Shown in pieces: positions 27,976 through 34,590 of a stretch of 34,590 bases of DNA (position 1 is its first letter; each line of letters begins with the position of its first letter). The position numbers were made by a program, and so were the translations under genes. The stretch lies in NCBI GenBank assembly GCA_002719295.1, contig PBHC01000004.1:3240-37829 (forward strand). The letters run 5' to 3'. The DNA comes from Chloroflexota bacterium. Lineage in GTDB: Bacteria > Chloroflexota > Dehalococcoidia > Lucifugimonadales > Lucifugimonadaceae. Under the pieces are notes generated by a model. The model was not told the DNA's origin. It made no database searches and was given only the letters and a program-made list of their open reading frames with translations.

Positions 27976-28208
27976 GTAATGAAGAAATAAAAAAATTGGA
28001 TCTTAGGGGTGAAATTTGTCCTTATCCAATGCTCAAGACTAATGAAGAATTAGATTCAAATAAGGATATAAATATTCTTGAAGTCATCACAGATCATTCT
28101 CCTGCTCTCTCAACTATTCCACCACAAGCATTAAAAAGAGGTTATGAAGTTGAAATAGATGAAATCGATAACAGTGAATGGAAAATAACTTTAACAAAAG
28201 ATAATTAA
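27972..28208 (+). CDS. Sulfur carrier, TusA/YeeD/YedF family
   Basis: LDLRGEICPYP, LEVITDH and IP..A.KRGY. Confidence 0.93.
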   Translation: MSNEEIKKLDLRGEICPYPMLKTNEELDSNKDINILEVITDHSPALSTIPPQALKRGYEVEIDEIDNSEWKITLTKDN

Positions 28209-28223
28209 ATATAAGGGGGACTT

Positions 28224-29132
28224 ATGAAAAAATTATTAATAATTGGATTTGCAACAATTGGACTCTTTTTGGGCTGTTCGTCAGAAGGATCAGACTCTGG
28301 GTTTAGCAATAGAGGATATTCTAGTACAGACAAGCTAGTATCTGCTGAATGGCTAAATAATAATCTAAAAAGTGTAAAAATAATAGATGTAAGAAAAGCA
28401 GAAGATTATGACACAGGGCATATTCCAGGTGCAGTTAGATTGACTCCAAATGAAGTTTTTCAATGGGAAACTGAAGATGGAGTTAAAGGGATGTTACCAT
28501 CTAGCAATCATATATCAGAAGCTCTTTCGTCTGTAGGAATAGGGGAAAATGATACGGTTATTTTTTATGACGGCAATAGTAACTTGTGGGCATCAAGAGG
28601 ATTATGGGCACTAGAGGTTTATGGGCATCAAGATTCTAGATTACTTGATGGATCTTGGGCTTACTGGTCAGAAAATGGATACCCTATAAGTACTGATAGT
28701 CCTTCTATTTCAAAAACTAATTATAAATTTTCGGGCACACCAAACTCAGACTTAATAGCCGACTGGGAAGAAATATTAGAAACAGTTGATGACCCTTCAA
28801 AAATTGTTTGTGACACTAGAAGCCCTGATGAATATGCAGGTAAGGATGTAAGAGCTGACAGAGGAGGTCATATTCCAGGAGCAGAAAATGTGAACTGGGT
28901 TAATGCTGTTGATGAAAGTGGACAATTCCTAGATGCAGATAAATTAAGTAGCATTTATGAAAGCAAAGGAATAAAGACTGAAAAAGCAGTTTATACACTA
29001 TGTCAAACCGCAGTGAGAGCTACTCACACCTGGTTTGTTCTACAAGAGCTTTTAGGTTATGACAATGTAAAAGTTTATGATGGCTCTTGGATTGAGTGGG
29101 GTAATTCAGAATTACCTATAGAATCAAAATAG
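28224..29132 (+). CDS. Tandem-domain rhodanese (sulfurtransferase) with lipoprotein signal
   Basis: Lipobox FLGC, two GHIPGA motifs, active loop CQTAVRA and VYDGSWIEW. AAGGGGG Shine-Dalgarno present. Confidence 0.92.
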   Translation: MKKLLIIGFATIGLFLGCSSEGSDSGFSNRGYSSTDKLVSAEWLNNNLKSVKIIDVRKAEDYDTGHIPGAVRLTPNEVFQWETEDGVKGMLPSSNHISEALSSVGIGENDTVIFYDGNSNLWASRGLWALEVYGHQDSRLLDGSWAYWSENGYPISTDSPSISKTNYKFSGTPNSDLIADWEEILETVDDPSKIVCDTRSPDEYAGKDVRADRGGHIPGAENVNWVNAVDESGQFLDADKLSSIYESKGIKTEKAVYTLCQTAVRATHTWFVLQELLGYDNVKVYDGSWIEWGNSELPIESK

Positions 29133-29135
29133 GTT

Positions 29136-30044
29136 CTAATCTGAAGTTTTTATTGCATGAATAATTGCTTGATATGTGACTTTAATAGTAGCTGCAAAAA
29201 GTTGGTCTATTGATAACTTTGATTCAATTTCATTTGTAGTTGCTGCAAAAAACAGATCTCCGTCATTAGAAGTATGCGATGGCCTTACTGATAAAGCTAG
29301 GCCATCATGTGCTGCTACTGCTAATCTTTTGCAATCTACTTTGCTTATTTTTGAGTTTGTAAAAATAGCTCCAATAGTTGTATTTTGAAATCCTCTTTTT
29401 TCAGGTTTTCCATTTATATATAAATCTAAAGAATCGTAAATTTTTCCATTTTTTTTTGGCCCTGCTATAATTTTTCCATTTTCAGGATCAACAATAGAGC
29501 CCAAAGCATTTACGGCAACCAAACAAGCAATTGATGTTCCGTCATCAAAATCGTGAAATGAAAATCCAAGACCACCTTGCATACTATATTTAGTTCCTAA
29601 TAACTTACCTACTGTACAACCAGTACCTACTCCAACATTCCCAATTTCAAATTCATTAGAAGCGTTTTGTGCAGCTAAATAACCATGTTCTGTATCAGGT
29701 CTAACTGAAGAGTTTCCAACACTTAAATCAAAAATCACAGCAGAAGGAACTAAAGGAATTGTGTTACCTCCAAACTTAATACCAATTCCTTTTTCTTCAA
29801 GAAATTGTACAACTCCGGATGAAGCATTTAATCCAAATGCACTTCCTCCTGTAAGTAGAAGTCCGTTGATATTTGGAGCAGTTGCAATTGGATCTAAAAG
29901 AGCTATTTCTTTGGTCCCTGGAGCTCCTCCTCTAATATCAATTGAAGCAATAAGAGGGACATCAGAAATAATAGCTGTGCAGCCAGTTTTATTTTCTTTA
30001 TCTGTCCAATGCCCTATTTTAATTTCATTTATATTTGAATTCAT
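29136..30044 (-). CDS. P1/S58-family (DmpA-like) peptidase
   Basis: IGHWTD...TGCT, RGGAPGTKE, LTGGSAFGL, NTTIG autoprocessing site and HT..DGD. Confidence 0.9.
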   Translation of the reverse strand: MNSNINEIKIGHWTDKENKTGCTAIISDVPLIASIDIRGGAPGTKEIALLDPIATAPNINGLLLTGGSAFGLNASSGVVQFLEEKGIGIKFGGNTIPLVPSAVIFDLSVGNSSVRPDTEHGYLAAQNASNEFEIGNVGVGTGCTVGKLLGTKYSMQGGLGFSFHDFDDGTSIACLVAVNALGSIVDPENGKIIAGPKKNGKIYDSLDLYINGKPEKRGFQNTTIGAIFTNSKISKVDCKRLAVAAHDGLALSVRPSHTSNDGDLFFAATTNEIESKLSIDQLFAATIKVTYQAIIHAIKTSD

Positions 30045-30134
30045 TTTAGATAAAATCTAGTAAACTATATAAGAATCATGGTTTCATTTTATAAATAAAT
30101 AAATGATATAGCGAATTTAATCTTCGGAGGGATA

Positions 30135-31043
30135 ATGAAAAATACAAATTACTCAGGAATATATAGCATACCAGTTACTCCTTTTAATGAGGATAGGTCC
30201 ATAGATTTTAAGTCCTTAAGAAATTGTATTGAATATTTCATAGATAAAAAAACTGATGGAATTTTATTGCCTGTTAATGTCTCTGAGGCATCAAAATTAT
30301 CTGATAATGAAAAAAATCAAATTTTGGAAGAAGCTATAAAAGTAACTGAGGGAAAGGTACCTATAATAGCAGGTGTAACTAGTTCTTCGACTGAGCATGT
30401 TTTAGAAAGATCTAAATTTGCAGAGCAACTTGGAATTTCATCAATAATGGCAATGCCTCCAATGGGATATGCTTCAGAAAAAGATTTTTACAAATTCTAT
30501 GAAGATTTATCTAAAGGGATAAATGTAGATATCTGGATCCAAAATAATAAGATGCCTGCAGGACCTACTGTTCCAAATAAGATATTGATCAAAATTATAA
30601 ATGAAATAGATAATGTTAGCTTCTTAAAAGAAGAGAGTGGGAACTCCTCTCAAGTACATACAATTATAAAAAATAATTGTAAGGAAAACCTAAAATCTAT
30701 AATGGGGGGTGCTGGAGGAAGGTTCATAATTGATGAATACAGAAGAGGCTCAAATGGTATTATGCCATCAGGACACATGCTAGAAGCTCATAGGGTTCTA
30801 TGGGATAGTTTGATTTTATCCAAAGAGAATGAAGTTAATACTGATGCAATTGAAATATGGAATAAAATGTTAGAAGCTTTAAATTTTGAGTTTATGTATA
30901 GCGTCAGTGCTTATAAATACTTTTTTTGGAAAAGAGGAATTATAAGAACAAATATATCTCGTGAACCTTTTAAGCAGTTAGATGATTTTGACATGATTGA
31001 GGCAGACAGAATTTTAGATAGATTGGAAAATAATTTTTTCTAA
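30135..31043 (+). CDS. DapA/NAL-family enzyme, probably not DapA itself
   Basis: PVTPF, PIIAGV and Schiff-base Lys in FLKEE. It lacks GTTGE and the YNxP Tyr. Confidence 0.85.
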   Translation: MKNTNYSGIYSIPVTPFNEDRSIDFKSLRNCIEYFIDKKTDGILLPVNVSEASKLSDNEKNQILEEAIKVTEGKVPIIAGVTSSSTEHVLERSKFAEQLGISSIMAMPPMGYASEKDFYKFYEDLSKGINVDIWIQNNKMPAGPTVPNKILIKIINEIDNVSFLKEESGNSSQVHTIIKNNCKENLKSIMGGAGGRFIIDEYRRGSNGIMPSGHMLEAHRVLWDSLILSKENEVNTDAIEIWNKMLEALNFEFMYSVSAYKYFFWKRGIIRTNISREPFKQLDDFDMIEADRILDRLENNFF

Positions 31044-31102
31044 AAACAATTCTCTATCTCAATAAAAATATATATAATCCTGATAAAATTGAATATACAT
31101 TA

Positions 31103-31179
31103 GGGCGATTAGCTCAGTTGGCTAGAGCACCTCGTTTACACCGAGGGGGTCGGGGGTTCGAGTCCCTCATCGCCCACCA
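31103..31179 (+). tRNA. tRNA-Val (anticodon TAC)
   Basis: GGGCGAT/ATCGCCC acceptor stem, AGCTCAGTTGGCTAGAGC D arm, CCTCG-TT-TAC-AC-CGAGG anticodon arm, GGTTCGAGTCC T arm and encoded CCA. Confidence 0.98.
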
Positions 31180-31242
31180 CTTTCTTATTGCAATTTTCTT
31201 ATTCATAGTCCAAAATTTATTTAAAAAATGAGAGGACTTATT

Positions 31243-31857
31243 ATGAATAATAAAATTTTTGGATCTATGATGATTTTTGGTCCAATAGTATCGATGCTTT
31301 GTTGGATTGCTTTCTTTCCTGATAATTATCAACTTAATGCAGGTGAAGAGCTAGCAAAACTTGCAGAATCAAAAAATTCAGTTGTTTTGGGAGGTTACCT
31401 TGCAACAATATCTACAGCTTTAATGATTCTTGGATTATATTTTCTAGCTAAGTCTATAAATACTGATAAATCTATTAGCTCTAATCTAGCTGAAATTAGT
31501 GGATTAATAATTTTGCTAACCTTTCCAGTTCTTGTTGGCTTACAAGGAATTGGCATAGCAGCTCTAGACGCTGCAGATAGAATTGATGCTGGACTCGCTC
31601 AGGGAATTTTAGAAGGTGCAAGAGGTTGGGATACATCTTTGAGCTTTATAATGGGAATCAGCTGGTTTATTTTGGGTATTGCTCTAACTATGAAGAAAAA
31701 GTTCTACACTGTGATTAGTGCTCTATTTGCAATTGCTGGAGTATGTGCAATTTTAGATGCTTTCGTTGAATTTGAAATTTTTGCAATCATAGGATGGATG
31801 GGTGGATTTTTATCCATGGTAATAATGGGAATTCTAACTGTAATGAATAAAGAATAA
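31243..31857 (+). CDS. Hypothetical integral membrane protein (about 6 TMS; start revised to 31243)
   Basis: GAGGA Shine-Dalgarno precedes ATG 31243, and the protein has multiple hydrophobic helices. Confidence 0.7.
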   Translation: MNNKIFGSMMIFGPIVSMLCWIAFFPDNYQLNAGEELAKLAESKNSVVLGGYLATISTALMILGLYFLAKSINTDKSISSNLAEISGLIILLTFPVLVGLQGIGIAALDAADRIDAGLAQGILEGARGWDTSLSFIMGISWFILGIALTMKKKFYTVISALFAIAGVCAILDAFVEFEIFAIIGWMGGFLSMVIMGILTVMNKE

Positions 31858-31941
31858 ACTTTAGCAAAAATCACCTTTTTTGTTTAAAAAATTAATTCAT
31901 AATTTAAATTAATAATTTTATTTAATTGAAAAGGAAAAACT

Positions 31942-32949
31942 TTGGCTAATAAATTAATAGATTATAGAGAACATGATAAAAATTTCTGGTATGAAGAATT
32001 AGAGGAATGGGTTCCTAAAAGAATTTATGATTGCCATATCCATATGCTTAATAATAGCTTGATTGATGATTCAAGTGAGCATAAAAATGTCTTCCCTGAT
32101 GCCGACTTAGAAGGCATTAAAGGTTGGCATGAAACAGTTTTCCCAAATAGAGATGTAAATAATTTATTCCTTGGAAGACCTGCTTTAGGTACAAGGATAA
32201 ATGAGTATAATGATTGGCTTTTTAATCAGATCAAAGGGAATCCTCTAACTAGAGCACATCGACTCACAACTCCTGCAGATTCTCTAGAGGATATAGAAAG
32301 TGATATAAAAAATAAAGGTTTCCAAGGGCTAAAGGTATATAGAATGTATTCAGTTACAGGAGATATGGCAAACTGCACGATTGAAGAATTTCTTACACAT
32401 GAACAGTTAGAACTCGCTAATGAATTAGGTCTTTGGGTAACTTTGCACATGTCAAGAGAAGATGGATGCGGAGATGAAAAAAATCTAAAAGACTTAACTG
32501 AATTTACAACTAAAAGATATCCAAATATAAAATGGATTCTAGCTCATATAGCAAGATCTTTTACGTATAGGCCTATAAAACGAGGTATAGATACATTGAA
32601 AAACCTTCCAAATATTTGGTACGACCTATCAGCAGTAACTGACATAAGGCCTTATATAACATTATTTAGCGAAGAAAATCATAAAAGGATTTTCTATGGA
32701 ACTGATGCTGTGGAATCTGTGTCTTTTCATGGAGCTTATTCTGCCTTTGGGCATGCTCATCAACAAGTAGAAACAGATAATATCCCTTCATTAAAATTTT
32801 CTCATACCACCAATAGACCATTAATCTGTATTTATGAACAATTAATAGCTATGAAACAAGCTTCTATAATTTGTGAATTAGATAAAAATCAACTAGAAGA
32901 TATTTTTTGGAGAAATGCCGTAAGAGAGTTTAATGTTCCTTGGGATTAA
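31942..32949 (+). CDS. Amidohydrolase-superfamily (Amidohydro_2-like) protein, paralog 1
   Basis: DCHIH metal motif, GLKVY, TLHM, ILAH, YDLS and FYGTD. Confidence 0.85.
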   Translation: MANKLIDYREHDKNFWYEELEEWVPKRIYDCHIHMLNNSLIDDSSEHKNVFPDADLEGIKGWHETVFPNRDVNNLFLGRPALGTRINEYNDWLFNQIKGNPLTRAHRLTTPADSLEDIESDIKNKGFQGLKVYRMYSVTGDMANCTIEEFLTHEQLELANELGLWVTLHMSREDGCGDEKNLKDLTEFTTKRYPNIKWILAHIARSFTYRPIKRGIDTLKNLPNIWYDLSAVTDIRPYITLFSEENHKRIFYGTDAVESVSFHGAYSAFGHAHQQVETDNIPSLKFSHTTNRPLICIYEQLIAMKQASIICELDKNQLEDIFWRNAVREFNVPWD

Positions 32950-32951
32950 AT

Positions 32952-33956
32952 ATGAAAAGCTTGTTTGAATACAGGGCAAATGATAAAAATTTCTGGTATG
33001 AAGAATTTGAAGACTGGATTCCTAAAAGAATTTTTGATAGCCATGTACACTTAATCAACAATGACATAATATCCAAAAATAGTATTCATAAAGATATTTA
33101 TCCAAATGAACCTCTTTCAAAGATAAAAGAATGGCATAGAACTGTTTTCCCTAACAGAGAAGTAAACAGCTTGATTATAGGAAAGCCTCTTATTGGGACA
33201 GATGTAAATGCGCATAATGATTTTATCCATAGTGAAATTAATGGAGATCCATTGATCCGATCTCATAGACTGACTACTCCAAAAGATTCACTTATTGATA
33301 TAGAGAGCGACATAAGAAAAAAGGGCTTTCAAGGCTTGAAGGTATACAGATATTTTTCATCAACAGGAGATCCAAATGAATGTTCTATAACTGATTATTT
33401 ACCCCATAATCAATTAGAATTAGCAAATGAATTAGGGTTATGGATAACTTTACACATGGCTAAACAAGACGGATGCGGAGACGAAGAAAATCTAAAAGAC
33501 CTAGAAGAGTTTACAACAAAAAGATACCCAAATATAAAATGGATTTTAGCTCATATAGCAAGATCTTTTACATACAGACCAATAGAAAAAGGAATAGATA
33601 AATTAAAAAATTTACCTAATATTTGGTACGACCTATCTGCTGTAACTGACATAAGACCATTTATAACTTTATTTAATAATGAAAATCATAAAAGAATTTT
33701 TTATGGAACGGACGGAATTGAATCCGTTTCTTTTCATGGTGCATATAATGCATTTGGACACGCCCATCAACAATTAGAAACAGATAAAATATCTTCCTTA
33801 AAATTTTCCCATACCACTAACAGACCAATAATATGCCTATATGAGCAATTGATAGCTATGAAACAAGCATCGAAAATTTGCGAATTAAATAAAAATCAAA
33901 TTGAAGATATTTTTTGGAAAAATGCTATCAGGGAATTCAATATTCCTTGGGATTGA
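32952..33956 (+). CDS. Amidohydrolase-superfamily protein, paralog 2 (start revised to 32952)
   Basis: DSHVH and the same downstream motifs. ATG 32952 aligns with the start of paralog 1. Confidence 0.85.
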   Translation: MKSLFEYRANDKNFWYEEFEDWIPKRIFDSHVHLINNDIISKNSIHKDIYPNEPLSKIKEWHRTVFPNREVNSLIIGKPLIGTDVNAHNDFIHSEINGDPLIRSHRLTTPKDSLIDIESDIRKKGFQGLKVYRYFSSTGDPNECSITDYLPHNQLELANELGLWITLHMAKQDGCGDEENLKDLEEFTTKRYPNIKWILAHIARSFTYRPIEKGIDKLKNLPNIWYDLSAVTDIRPFITLFNNENHKRIFYGTDGIESVSFHGAYNAFGHAHQQLETDKISSLKFSHTTNRPIICLYEQLIAMKQASKICELNKNQIEDIFWKNAIREFNIPWD

Positions 33957-34461
33957 TTCCTTTACTAGATTTCCAATCTTTAAAATCTTTTTCATTAACT
34001 AGATAAGACCAATGTAAAAGAGACTGTTGTATCCTGGGGCTTACATTGAAACTTTCAGAAATTGGACATCCCTCGCGATATAATTTTGTATATATTGTAT
34101 TTTTCCATCTACCATTTTGACCACAAAATGCTTTCCATCTTTTTATTTGTCTTTCATCATCTTCATGTCTTCTTCCCAAAAAAAATTTACAATACCACTC
34201 AAACCATCCTCTAGGATCGTCTTCATGTATCCATCCTTTTTCTTCCCATTCTTTTTGAGTTTGGCCTGATCTAATCTTAAAAAAATTTATATTACTTATG
34301 TAATTTGATGAACAATAATAAGATTCATCTAAACCTTCAAACCAATCACTCGGAAAGTTATTATGATCTATTAATTCTGCAAAATAAGTACCCCCAAAAA
34401 TCCCTTTATGCAGCATCTCTTTTGGGGTAAGCATAGGTTTAAATTCTTCTAAAATATCCAT
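33937..34461 (-). CDS. Conserved hypothetical Trp-rich protein
   Basis: FKPMLTPKEM..G.FGGTYF, DPRGWFEWYC.FF.GRR..DDERQIKRW and SPRIQQSLLHW. Confidence 0.75.
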   Translation of the reverse strand: MDILEEFKPMLTPKEMLHKGIFGGTYFAELIDHNNFPSDWFEGLDESYYCSSNYISNINFFKIRSGQTQKEWEEKGWIHEDDPRGWFEWYCKFFLGRRHEDDERQIKRWKAFCGQNGRWKNTIYTKLYREGCPISESFNVSPRIQQSLLHWSYLVNEKDFKDWKSSKGINPKEY

Positions 34462-34476
34462 TTTCTTAAAAATTAA

Positions 34477-34590
34477 TTATTTAGTAAAGTAATCCCATCT
34501 TAATCCAGAACGATCTAAAATATTTTCTAAATCATATTCTAGCAAATAACCCTGTTTTATAAGTTCTTTCGAGTATTCAGATATTAATTT
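34477..34590 (-). CDS. 3' end of a gene cut by the window edge, resembling the tail of alpha/beta-hydrolase-domain proteins
   Basis: Open frame [37 protein letters not shown]. The family call rests only on the L..GYLL..D...I..R....WD pattern. Confidence 0.45.
   Translation of the reverse strand, partial: KLISEYSKELIKQGYLLEYDLENILDRSGLRWDYFTK

Noticed and set aside
25047..29132. Selenium/selenocysteine system (YedE-YedF with SufS)
   Set aside because: No in-frame TGA at any Cys position and no selD/selA/selB/tRNA-Sec in the window. The leader uses TGT/TGC codons. It cannot be excluded from this window alone, but nothing supports it.
31114..31332. 72-aa minus-strand ORF (WWAMRDSNPRPPRCKRGAL)
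   Set aside because: This is the typical antisense translation of a tRNA gene.
3270..32450. Short ORFs nested in or antisense to larger genes (e.g. 3270-3500, 5891-6115, 7810-8127, 10607-10855, 11351-11611, 13304-13705, 16298-16624, 20053-20283, 22745-23068, 26704-27021, 29761-30060, 32226-32450)
   Set aside because: They are shadow frames of well-supported genes with no motifs of their own.
31103..34590. Genomic island integrated at tRNA-Val
   Set aside because: No integrase, no duplicated tRNA 3' end in the window and no evident composition shift.
1..34590. CRISPR array, IS element, prophage or defence system
   Set aside because: I saw no regularly spaced repeats, transposase, integrase, phage structural gene or recognisable defence gene. 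The repeated DNA is explained by the two paralog pairs.

Overview
An AT-rich, tightly packed bacterial chromosome segment with about 40 genes, one tRNA-Val(TAC), and no mobile element, prophage or CRISPR that I can see. Housekeeping genes (serS, lysS, coaD, rsmD, dusB, sufS) are mixed with catabolic and transport genes: three MFS transporters, two SDRs, tandem enolase-superfamily and amidohydrolase paralogs, a gluconokinase-like kinase, a DapA-like enzyme and acr3. This content suggests a streamlined marine Chloroflexota of the SAR202/Dehalococcoidia type, which is inference only. The best finding is absent from the ORF track. A 23-codon leader peptide (26349-26420, MNIRNLTNNGCICCCCMNSSRFL) has 5 Cys codons out of 6 consecutive codons. 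It is followed by mutually exclusive antiterminator and terminator hairpins. This looks like a cysteine-sensing ribosomal attenuator controlling an operon of a YeeE/YedE transporter, a TusA-like protein lacking the CPxP motif, a TusA-family carrier and a lipoprotein rhodanese, divergent from a lone sufS. The second finding is a CarH-like B12-binding regulator whose DNA-binding domain is a C-terminal XRE helix-turn-helix. It is divergent from a small operon of two unannotated or mis-started zinc-binding microproteins and an SDR.
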